64,000 bases of DNA from an uncultured delta proteobacterium (GTDB taxonomy: Bacteria > Desulfobacterota > Desulfuromonadia > Desulfuromonadales > JACZKF01). Shown piece after piece: positions 10,866-20,573 of the stretch. Every line of letters begins with the position of its first letter. The first letter of the stretch is position 1. The notes under the pieces were generated by a model. That model was not told where the DNA came from. It saw only the letters and a list, made by a program, of their open reading frames with translations, and searched no databases. A program made the position numbers and the translations under genes. The stretch spans positions 192,001 through 256,000 of the forward strand of contig CAWFKQ010000006.1 in the NCBI GenBank assembly GCA_963816395.1. Direction: 5' to 3'.

Positions 10866-11063
10866 CTCACGCGAAGCCGCGAAGATCGCGAAGAAAAGCA
10901 GGAGATCAAAGCGTTTCACGCGACGACGCGACGACGCGACGAGAAGCCAAGGCAACTCAGGTGATAAACAGAGTCTTTTTAGCTTTTGATTTTCTCTTCG
11001 CGGCTTCGCGTGAGAAATTGCCCTGGCTTGATGGGGTCTTGACCGTCGCGTCGTCGCGTGAGA
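10866..11063. repeat. Intergenic REP/MITE-like element with interleaved inverted repeats (A-B-A'-B')
   Basis: A=CTCACGCGAAGCCGCGAAGATCGCGAAG 10866-10893; B=TCACGCGACGACGCGACGACGCGACGA 10916-10942; A' 10995-11014; B' 11044-11063. Confidence 0.85.
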
Positions 11064-11108
11064 CGATTTGGCTTTTGCGGTTCTGCACCAACGGAAGGAT
11101 AAACGAAC

Positions 11109-12371
11109 ATGCGCATGCACCTGATCTATCCCAGCTGGCCGAAGCTCGACCGGCAGACCGAATTTCACCTGCCGCCGCACGGACCGGTGGTCTTTGCCGC
11201 CTGCGTGCCGCCGGAGGTGGAACTGCGCTTCACCGACGAGAACCTGCAGGCGATCGATTTCACCGCGCCGGCCGATCTGATCGCCCTGTCGGTGATGCTG
11301 ACCTGCCAGCTGCCGCGCGCCTTCGAAATCGCCGGCCGCTACCGGGCGCAGGGGGTGCCGGTGATCTTCGGCGGCATCGCCGTCATGCTGCACGCCGAGG
11401 AGGTGGCGCAGCACGCCGACGCCGTCTTCCTCGGCGAGGCCGAGGGGCGCTTCGCGGCGGTGCTGGAGGATTTCCGCAACGGCCGCCTGCGGAAGCTTTA
11501 CGATTACATGAACAACCCGCCCGACATCCGCCTGATCGGCACCGCCCGCCGGGAGGTCCTCGACCGCCAGCTGTACAACTACCGGGGGGTGCAGATGCTC
11601 GATCTGGTGCACGCCTCGCGCGGCTGCAAATTCGACTGCTTTCCCTGCTGCACCGGCTTTCTCGGCGGCAAGCAGTTCCGCCCCCGGCCCATCGACCAGG
11701 TGATCGCCGAGATGGAGGCGATCCGCAACAACCGCCTGTTCATCGTCGACAATTCCCTCGCGCAGGATCGCCAGTGGCTGAAGGAGCTCTTCACCGCCAT
11801 GGCGCCGCTGAAGAAGAAGTGGGTCTCCCACCCGATCCTGGACGATGACGAGATCCTCAAGCTGGCCGCCGACGCCGGCGCCTGGTACGTCTACCAGGCG
11901 GTCTTCGACACCTCCGACGTCATCCGCAACCGCATCCGCCGCCTCAAGGAGCACGGCATCGGGGTCGAGGGGACGATCATCCTCGGCACCGACGACCAGG
12001 ACGAGGACTCCATCAAGCGGCTGGTCGATTTCCTCCTGGAGGTGGAGCTGGACGTCGCCGAATTCACCATTCTCACCCCCTTTCCCCATTCGCCGATCCG
12101 CGCCCGCCTGGAGCAGGAAGGGCGCCTTCTGAGCAACGACTGGCGCGATTACAGCGCCGACAAGGTCGTCTTCCGGCCGAAGCGGATGACTCCGGAGAAG
12201 CTGCAGGAACTCTATTACTACGCCTGGGACACCTTCTACGCCGGCGGCGGCCACGCCCTGAAGATGGGGGAGCTGTTCCAGCGGGTGATCCGGCGGGAGG
12301 TCGAGGACGGCACTTACCGGCGCTTCGATGTGCGCACCCGGCGGGCCTTCCAGCGGCAAGCGCAGGCATGA
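11109..12371 (+). CDS. Cobalamin-binding radical SAM protein 1
   Basis: N-terminal B12-binding-like domain (VIFGG, VFLGEAE); SRGCKFDCFPC (CxxxCxxC). Confidence 0.9.
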   Translation: MRMHLIYPSWPKLDRQTEFHLPPHGPVVFAACVPPEVELRFTDENLQAIDFTAPADLIALSVMLTCQLPRAFEIAGRYRAQGVPVIFGGIAVMLHAEEVAQHADAVFLGEAEGRFAAVLEDFRNGRLRKLYDYMNNPPDIRLIGTARREVLDRQLYNYRGVQMLDLVHASRGCKFDCFPCCTGFLGGKQFRPRPIDQVIAEMEAIRNNRLFIVDNSLAQDRQWLKELFTAMAPLKKKWVSHPILDDDEILKLAADAGAWYVYQAVFDTSDVIRNRIRRLKEHGIGVEGTIILGTDDQDEDSIKRLVDFLLEVELDVAEFTILTPFPHSPIRARLEQEGRLLSNDWRDYSADKVVFRPKRMTPEKLQELYYYAWDTFYAGGGHALKMGELFQRVIRREVEDGTYRRFDVRTRRAFQRQAQA

Positions 12372-13739
12372 GCCGGGTATTTCTCCTCTCCGCCAACGTC
12401 ACCACCGAGCCGTACCCGGTCTATCCCCTGGGGATGGCGATGGTCGCCGCGGCCCTGGCCCGGCACGGCCACCAGGTGCGGCAGTTCGACTTTCTCGCCG
12501 CCGGCCGCTCGGAGGCGGCGCTGGTCGAAGCGCTGCGCGCATTCGCGCCGGCGGTGGTCGGTCTGTCCCTGCGCAACATCGACAACGTCGATTCCCTCGG
12601 CGGCGAGGACGGCTGGTACCTGGGCCTGGCGAGAGAGCTGGTGCGGCGGGTGCGGGAGGCGACAGCGGCCCCGGTGGTGGTCGGCGGCCCCGGGTTCTCC
12701 ATCATGCCGGAGGCGATCCTCGACTATCTGGGGGCCGATTACGGTATCGCCGGCGAGGGGGAGCGGGCCTTTCCCGAACTGGTCGAAGGGCTGACCCGGG
12801 GCGAGGGCGGCGAGCGCCTCCGCCAGGGCGGGGCTCCGCTGGCCGGCGGAGAGATCGGCCAGGCCCTCCTCGATCCGGACCTCGTCCGCTTTTACCTGGC
12901 CCAGACCGGGATGCTGAACCTGCAGACGAAGCGCGGCTGCCCGCACGCCTGCACCTACTGCACCTACGTCCATCTGGAAGGGGGGTGCTTCCGTCCCCGC
13001 GATCCGGCGGCGGTGGTGGAGGAGATCCGCCGCATCCGGGCCGAATTCGGGGTCGACACCTTCTTCTTCACCGACTCGGTGTTCAACGACCGGCAGGGGC
13101 ACTATCTGCAGGTCGCCGAGGAGTTGTTGCGGCAGGAGGCCGGGATCCGCTGGTGCGGCTTTTTCCGCCCGCAGGGGCTGGGGCGCCGGGAGCTCGCCCT
13201 GCTCAAGCGCTCCGGCCTCTACGCCATGGAACTCGGCACCGACGCCGCCAGCGACGCCACCCTGGCGGGGATCGGCAAGGGGTTCACCTTCGCCGAGGCG
13301 GCGGCGGTCAGCCGGGCCTGCGTCGAGGAGGCGATCCCCTGCGCCCACTTCATCATGTTCGGCGTGCCCGGCGAAACCGCCGACACCGTGCGCGAGGGGC
13401 TGGCCAACATCGCCGCCCTGGACCACTGCGTCGTCTTCGCTTTCTCCGGCATCCGCATCCTCCCCGGCACCGCCCTGCGCGCGCAGGCGGTGCGCGAGGG
13501 GGTGCTGGCGGCCGACGCCTCCCTGCTCACCCCGGCCTACTACTTCTCCCCGGCGGTCGAGCGGGAATGGATGAACGCCGCCATCCAGAGCGCCTTTCAG
13601 GGGCGGCGCGACCGCATCTTCCCCCCCTCCGAGGGGCAGAAGCGGCTGGCGGTCATGCACCGCTTCGGCTATCCGCGGCCTGCTCTGGGACCAGCTCGTC
13701 TCCTTTCCCAAGCGCCTCAAGCAGGAAGGGGGGGCATGA
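12368..13739 (+). CDS. Cobalamin-binding radical SAM protein 2 (lipid-biosynthesis B12/radical SAM type); frameshift near 13672
   Basis: EPYPVYPLGM, GLSLRNIDN, GEGE, KRGCPHACTYC; removing one C restores ...GYRGLLWDQ...GGA* overlapping the next ATG. Confidence 0.88.
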
Positions 13740-15183
13740 GCGGCCTGCACGAGGAAAAAATCCTGCTGGTGCACCCCCTGGGCTACCGGGCCGAGGCGGC
13801 CGGGCGCGACATTTCCCGCCTGGCCAACCTCATGCCCCCGCTGGGGTTGGCCAGCATCGCCGCCTGGCTGGAGCGGCAGGGGCTGCAGGCGGATATCATC
13901 GACTGCTTCGCCCGCCCCGACGCCGACCGGCTGATCCGCGACCATCTGCTCGCCGAGCGGCCCGGCCTGGCTGGGTTTTTCCTGCACCACCTCCAGCTTT
14001 CTCGACGGCGTGCGCCTGGCCGCCGAGGCCAAGGCGCTGCTGCCGGGCATCCGCACCGTTTTCGGCGGCCCGCACGTCTCGGCCCTGAAGGAGCAGGTGC
14101 TGGCCGATTATCCGGAGATCGATCTGGCGGTGGTCGGGGAAGGGGAGGAGACGCTGGCCGAGCTGCTGGCCGGCGGCGAGCCGGCGGCGGTGCCGGGGGT
14201 GGTCTGGCGCGACGGCGGGCACGGCAGCGTCTTCAACGGCTACCGGGGACGGGGGATCGAACTCGACCGCCTGCCCTTTCCGGCCTACGAGAAGCTCGCC
14301 GGCTATCCGCAGGCCTACAAGCTGCCGATCTTCAACTATCCGAAGGCGCCGAACAGCAGCTGCATCTCCAGCCGCGGCTGCCCCTATGCCTGCAGCTACT
14401 GCGACCGCTCGGTCTTCGGCCGCTCCTTCCGCTACAATTCGGCCGAGTACCTCTACGAGCACCTGCGCTACCTGCGCGAGCGCTTCGGCATCCGCCACGC
14501 CAACTTCTACGACGACCAGTTCACCTTCCATCGCGGGCGGGTGGAGGAATTCTGCCGGCGGATGATCGAACGCCCCCTGGGGATGACCTTCAACTGCGCG
14601 GTGCGCGCCGAGCACGTCGATGCCGAACTGCTGCGGCTGATGAAGGCGGCCGGCTGCTGGATGGTCAGCCTGGGAATCGAGACCGGCGACCCGCGAGCTG
14701 CTGGCGCAGCACCGGCAGAACGCCGACCTGCAGATGCTGGCGGCGACGATCCGGATGATCAAGCGGGCCGGCATCCGGGTCAAGGGGCTGCTGATGATGG
14801 GGCTGCCGGGGGAGAGCGAAGCGAGCATCCGCCGCAGCATGGATTACGTCTTCTCCCTGCCGGTGGACGACTTCAACCTCTCCAAGTTCACCCCCTTTCC
14901 CGGCTCGCCGCTTTACGAGACGATCCACGAGCTGGGGAGCTTCGACGAGGACTGGGAGCAGATGGACTGCATGCACTTTCTCTTCGTGCCGCAGGGGATG
15001 ACCCGCGAGCGGCTGGAAGTGCTCTTCACCGAGTTCTACAAGCGCCACTACACCCGGCCGAAGGTTCTGCTCGGCTACGCGGCCATGCTCTGGCGCTCGC
15101 CCGACAGCTGGCGGCGCTTCGCCGGCAACCTCGGGGATTTCCTGCGCTTCGCCCGCAGCAGCCGGCGGATCGCGGAGGGGTGA
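13736..15183 (+). CDS. Cobalamin-binding radical SAM protein 3; frameshifts near 13980 and 14690
   Basis: MPPLGLASIAA, FGGPH, VGEGE, SRGCPYACSYC, GIETG, TPFPGS. Confidence 0.88.
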
Positions 15184-15196
15184 GAAAGCAAGAGCG

Positions 15197-15372
15197 TCTC
15201 ACGCGACGACGCGACGGCGCGACGAAAAGCAAAGGCAAATCCAAGGATTCGGATTTTAAACATAGAACAAGTGGTTTTTAGCTGTTGACCTGCGTCGCGT
15301 CGTTGCGTCGTCGCGTGAGAAAAGTCTTTTAGAATTTTGACCTACTTCGCGCTCTTCGCGGCTTCGCGTGAG
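15197..15372. repeat. Second copy of the REP/MITE-like element (B-B'-A')
   Basis: B 15197-15224, B' 15293-15320, A' CTTCGCGCTCTTCGCGGCTTCGCGTGAG 15345-15372. Confidence 0.85.
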
Positions 15373-15386
15373 ATAGATTCGAGACA

Positions 15387-16543
15387 ATGAACTTTCTTAT
15401 CGCCATACCCTTATATAACCACGCCGCGGCCGTGCGGCACGTCGTCCAGCGGGCGCTGGCGGTGCACGATGAGGTCCTCGTCGTCGACGACGGCAGCACC
15501 GACGGCGGCGCCGATTTTGTCGCCGACCTGCCGGTGCGGATCGTCCGCCATCCGCGCAACCTCGGCAAGGGGGCGGCGATCCTGACCGCCGCGGCCGAGG
15601 CGCGCCGGCTGGGGATGACCCACATCGTCACCCTCGACGCCGACGGCCAGCATGCCCCCGAGGACATTGCCCGCTTCCTGCCGGAGATCGCCGCCCACCC
15701 CGAGGCGATCGTCGTCGGCTGCCGCGATTTCGCGACGGCCAACGTCCCCGGCTCTTCCCGCTTCGGCCGGCAGTTTTCCAATTTCTGGCTGCGCCTGCAG
15801 ACCGGCAGGAGCCTGGGCGACACGCAGAGCGGCTTTCGCGCCTATCCGCTGGCGGTGCTGGAGCAGCTGCGCCTGGGGCAGCGGCATTACTCCTTCGAGG
15901 TGGAGGTGCTGGTCAAGGCGGCCTGGGCCGGGGTGGAACTGCGCGAGGTGCCGATCTCCGTCTACTATCCGCCGGCGGGGGAGCGCATCTCCCATTTCCG
16001 CGCCTTCCGCGACAACTTGCGGCTGACGGTGCTCAATACCGGGCTGACCATGCGCTCCATCGCCCCCTGGCCGCACCGCAAGATCGTCACCGACCGGCGC
16101 ACCGGCGGCAAGGTGAGCGTGCTGCATCCGCTGCGCTCGCTGCGCGTCCTGCTCACGGAGAACACCTCCCCGGCGCAGCTGGCCGCCGCCGGCGCCCTCG
16201 GGGTCTTCCTCGGCGCCCTGCCGCTGCTCGCCCTGCATACGGTGGCCATCCTCTTCGCCGCCGGTTTTCTGCGCCTGAACAAGGTGGCGGCGGTCAGCGC
16301 CAGCCAGCTGTGCATGCCGCCGCTGGTGCCGGCGCTCTGCATCGAGGCCGGCTATTTCCTGCGCAACGGGGAGTTTCTGACCGAATTTTCCCTGCAGACC
16401 CTCGGTTACCAGGGGCTGCAGCGGCTCTAGGAATGGTTCCTCGGATCGCTGCTGCTCGGCCCCGCTGCTCGCCCTGGCGACGGCGGGGGCGATTTACGGC
16501 ATGGCGCTGCTTCGTGCGGGGAGGTCAGCATGTCGAGGGCTGA
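15387..16543 (+). CDS. Glycosyltransferase family 2 with C-terminal DUF2062-like membrane domain (in-frame TAG at 16428 and frameshift near the end)
   Basis: IPLYN, VVDDGSTD, NLGKG, TLDADGQH, DTQSGFRAY; hydrophobic C-terminus continues past TAG as EWFLGSLLLG. Confidence 0.85.
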
Positions 16544-17489
16544 GACGCCGGCCGGCGGCAGCTGGACGCAGCCGCAGTATCGGTTCGCGGCTGCAGCACG
16601 AGATTTTCTATCTGCTGATCCGCCTCGGCGGCCGGCGGGCCGCCTATTTCCTTCTCAATTTCGTCGTTTTATATTATGTTCTTCTGCGGCCGGCGGTGCG
16701 CCGGACGACGCTCCCCTACCTGCGTCGGCGCTTTCCCGAAAGAGGCCGGCCGCGGCTGGCCGACAGCTTCCGCATGAGCCTGGCGCTCGGCAAGGTGCTC
16801 GTCGACCGGGCGGTGGTGGGGATTCTCGGCCCGGCGGCGATGCAGGTGCGGCTTCGAGGGCCGGGAGGAGCTGCTGGCGCTCCTCGGCGAGGGGCGCGGC
16901 CTGATCCTGATGACCGCCCACGTCGGCTGCTGGCAGGTGGCGATGTCCGCCCTCGGCTTTCTCCAGGTGCCGGTCAATCTGCTCATGCAGCGGGAAGAGG
17001 GGGATCTCGACCGCCACTATTTCGAGCATGCGGGCATCGCCTGCCCCTACCGCATCATCGACCCGCGCGGCTATCTCGGCGGCGCCCTGGAGATGATCGA
17101 AGTCCTCAAGCGCGGCGAGGTCCTCTCGGTGATGGGAGACCGCATGCTGGGCAGCGACCGCAACGCCGTCGCCGTCGATTTCTTCGGCGCCCCGGTGCGT
17201 TTTCCCTTCAGCGCCTACAAGCTGGCCTCGGTCACCGGCGCGCCGGTCGCCGTCGTCCTCTCGGCCAAGACCGGGGCGGCCAGCTACGCCCTGCAGCTTG
17301 TACGAGGTGATCCGGGTGCCGCCCGGCCTGGGGCGCGGCAGCGCCGTCTTCGCCCCCTATGCCGGCCGCTTTGCCGCGGCCCTGGAGCGCTTCTGCGCCG
17401 GGCACCCTTACCAGTTCTTCAATTTTTTCGATATGTGGCAGGAGGCAACGCCACCTCCGGCCCATTCCACGCAAGGAGCCGACCAATGA
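16530..17489 (+). CDS. Lipid A lauroyl-transferase-like (LpxL/LPLAT) acyltransferase; several frameshifts
   Basis: LILMTAHVGCWQ, MGDR, VDFFG..FP, HPYQFFNFFDMW motifs across three frames. Confidence 0.8.
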
Positions 17490-17740
17490 CCGTCAAGGAA
17501 AAACTGAAAAAAATTCTCGTCGAAGAACTCAACCTGGAGGACCTGACGCCCGCCGACATCGACGACGACGCGCCCCTGTTCGGGGAAGGGCTGGGGCTCG
17601 ATTCCCTGGATGCGGTGGAGCTGGTCGTTCTGGTGCAGAAGCATTTCGGGGTGGAGATCAAGGATATGGAAGAGGGCCGGCCGGCCCTGCAGTCGGTCAA
17701 CTCCCTGGCCGGATTCATCGAGGCGAAGCGCGCGGCATGA
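17486..17740 (+). CDS. Acyl carrier protein 2
   Basis: PLFGEGLGLDSLDAVEL motif; AAGGAG RBS; ATGA overlap. Confidence 0.95.
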   Translation: MTVKEKLKKILVEELNLEDLTPADIDDDAPLFGEGLGLDSLDAVELVVLVQKHFGVEIKDMEEGRPALQSVNSLAGFIEAKRAA

Positions 17741-18943
17741 TTCGCCAGCAACCGGTCGCCGTGACCGGCGCCGGCTGCCTTTGCGCCGCCGGCGCCAACC
17801 TCGCTGCCTGCCTCGAGACCCTTTTTGCCGGCCGGCGGGCACCGGTGCCGCCGCGCCTGTTCAGCACCGGGCATCGCGCTGACGTTACCCGGTGTTCGAG
17901 GTGCCGGAGGCTTTTTCCCCGTCACGGCTCCGAGGGGCGGGGAGGTGCCGCGCACGGCCCGTCTGGCTGTTGCCGCCTCGGCCGAGGCGTTGGCCGAATG
18001 CCGGATGGGAGCCAGCACAGCTCGCGGAACTGCGGGTGGGGGTGATCGTCGGCACCACCGTCGGCAGCGCCATGAACAACGAGGAATTCTACCGCGACTA
18101 TCTGTCATGGGGGACGGCCCGACAATGGCGCCGATCCGCCGCTTTCTACGCAGCAATCCGGCGGCGGCGGTGGCCCGGCACTTTGCCCTCAACGGCCCGG
18201 TGCAGACGGTGGTCAACGCCTGCTCGTCGGCCACGGACGCGGTGGGAATCGCCGCCCAGTGGCTGCGGGACGGCCTGTGCGACCTGGTCGTGGCGGGAGG
18301 TGCCGACGAGCTGTGCCGGACCACCTACAACGGCTTCATCTCCTTGATGATCTCCGACCCGGAGCCGGTCCGCCCTTTCGACCGTCGCCGGCGCGGCCTC
18401 AATCTCGGCGAAGGGGCCGGAATGCTGGTGCTGGAAAGCGATGCCCTGAGCCGGCGGCGGCCGGGGCGGGTCCGCGCCCGCGTGGCCGGCTACGGAAGTG
18501 CGTGCGATGCGCATCATCTGACCGCGCCCCATCCGGAAGGGGCGGGGCTCAAGCGGGCCTTGGGCGAGGCGCTGACGGCTGGCGGCTGCCGGCTGGAGGA
18601 GCTTGCCTTTGTCAACGCCCACGGCACCGGCACCCCCGACAATGATCGGGTGGAGAGCCGAACCCTTGCCGAGGTCCTGCCCCGGGTCCCCTTTCTCTCC
18701 ACCAAGGGGGACACCGGGCATACCCTCGGCGCAGCCGGGGGTATCGAGGCGGCGTTCACTCTGGCCTGCCTGGAGCAGGGGCGGATTCCCGCCAGCGCCG
18801 GCTTCAGCGAGGCAGATCCCGAGTTGCCGGCGACTCCGGTGCGGGAGACGACAGCGACGCCGGGACGGCTGGCGCTGTCCCAGTCGCTCGCCTTCGGCGG
18901 CAACAATGCAGTGATCCTCTTCGAGAAAGGGGAGCGCTCATGA
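17737..18943 (+). CDS. Beta-ketoacyl synthase; frameshifts in the 5' third
   Basis: NACSSAT (Cys), NAHGTGT, GHTLG, SLAFGGNN. Confidence 0.88.
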
Positions 18944-20014
18944 GCCGCGCTGGCGATTCAGGGCGTCGGCGTGCTCGGCGGCTTCGGCTGCGGAGTGGCC
19001 GATCTGCAGCACCGTCTGGCCGGCCTGCCGGCGGCGCCATCCGAGCTGGCTGTATCGGCCGAGGGTAAAGAATTGCGGGTGCCGGCTTATCTGGCCGACC
19101 CGTCACCCCTGGAGCGCTTTGCCAATAAACGCGCGACCCGGCGCATCGACCATTTTTCCCGGATGGCGCTGCTGGGCGCCTACCTTGCCCTGGAGGACGC
19201 AGGGACGGCGGCGGCCTCCTGCGAACGCATGGGGGTGGTTGTCGCCACCGGTTTCGGGGCCACCCGGACCACCTTCTCCTTTCTCGATTCGGTTCTCGTC
19301 GACGGCGACGCCTGCGCCTCTCCCACCCACTTTTCCAACTCGCTGCATAACGCCCCGGCCGCGCACATCGCCATTCAGCTCAATGTCACCGGCCCGAACC
19401 TGACGGTGAGCCAGTTCGATATGTCGGTCGCTTCGGCTCTGCTTACCGCTAAATGCTGGCTGGCCGAGGGAAGGGTCGACAGCGTGTTGTTCGGTGCCGT
19501 GGATGAAGTCTGTGCGGTGCTCGGCTATTGCTGGGAGAGGTTCTTCACCTCCGCAGGTCGGCAGATCGCCCCCTTTGCCTTCGACCGGCAGAGCGCCATC
19601 CCTGGCGAAGGCGCCGCCTTTTTCCTCCTCACTGGGGGCCCGGAAGCATCCTACGGCCATATCTCCCAGGTGACCCAGGGGCGTGCGGCGGGAATCCGCT
19701 ATGCGGCCGGGGACTTTGTGCTCAATGCCGATGGTCATGCGGCGTGCGGCGCCGCCTACCGGGACATTCTGGCCGGCCCGGCACGGGCGGCTGCCTACAC
19801 CCCGCATTTCGGCAGCCTGCCGGTCGGGCAGGGCTTCGACCTGGCGGTGGCGGCCCTGGCGGTCCGGGACGGAAGGCTCCCGACTGCGCCCGCAGCGGAG
19901 AGCCTCCCGCCGTCGTGGCAGCCGGCCGCCGGTTCGGAAATCGAGGGTGCGGTGACCTGTCTCAAGTGCGACGGCAGGGGCAATTTCGGCGCGTTCAGAG
20001 TGGAAAGGCCCTGA
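18940..20014 (+). CDS. Chain-length-factor-like ketosynthase subunit (frameshift near start)
   Basis: RRIDHFSRMA, SPTHFSNSLHNA, PGEGAAFF; the catalytic Cys region reads SQFDMS. Confidence 0.8.
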
Positions 20015-20015
20015 G

Positions 20016-20573
20016 GTGTTCGGCCGACTGGTCCTGCCGGCCGCGGCGATCCTCCTGGCAGCGGCCGCAGCTCTCGGAGCGGAGCAAACCGTTCCCACCC
20101 GCTACGGGTTCGGGGGCAATTGGGGGATGGCCTATGACCCGGATGCAGGTATCGATTTCGTCCAGGTGACCGGTTTCGCCCTCCTCGATTACGATGCCGT
20201 CTGGCCGCACCGGGCGCCGGCGGCCCTGCGCTTCAAGGTCGAGGGCAATGTGGGGGCGACCACGGCGCCTGGGACCCGGGCCATCGTCTCGGCCAACATG
20301 CTCGCCCTTTATTTTCTCGACGGTCTCCGCGGCAGGCTCTTTCGGCCCTACGCCGAGGCGGGGATCGGCCTGATTTACACCGATTTTCAGGTGAAAGGGC
20401 AGGGGCTGCGCCTCAATTTCAATCCCCAGGCGGGCATCGGCACCGAGATCGCTGCCGGGAGCGAAGACCCCTGGTTTGCCGCCTTGCGGCTGCATCATAT
20501 TTCCAACGGCGGGCTGAACAAGGACAACCGGGGGATCAATTCCGTGGTGTTTGCCTTCGGACGGTTTTTTTGA
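20016..20573 (+). CDS. PagL-like outer-membrane acyloxyacyl hydrolase (lipid A 3-O-deacylase family)
   Basis: Signal peptide, beta-barrel pattern, HHISNGG (HxSN) motif, terminal Phe. Confidence 0.8.
   Translation: MFGRLVLPAAAILLAAAAALGAEQTVPTRYGFGGNWGMAYDPDAGIDFVQVTGFALLDYDAVWPHRAPAALRFKVEGNVGATTAPGTRAIVSANMLALYFLDGLRGRLFRPYAEAGIGLIYTDFQVKGQGLRLNFNPQAGIGTEIAAGSEDPWFAALRLHHISNGGLNKDNRGINSVVFAFGRFF

Noticed and set aside
10866..11063. CRISPR array
   Set aside because: Repeats are inverted and of two types, without regular unique spacers or cas genes.
12368..14758. 796-aa double radical SAM fusion
   Set aside because: A frameshift near 13672 hides the stop at 13737-13739, which overlaps the next ATG.
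16428..16430. In-frame TAG as pyrrolysine or readthrough
   Set aside because: Context RL*EWFLG suggests a one-base change from a sense codon such as TGG; no pyl genes are seen and the error rate is high.
16910..17740. Acyltransferase-ACP fusion
   Set aside because: The true acyltransferase C-terminus is in ORF 17298-17489; the ACP has its own RBS and ATG at 17486.
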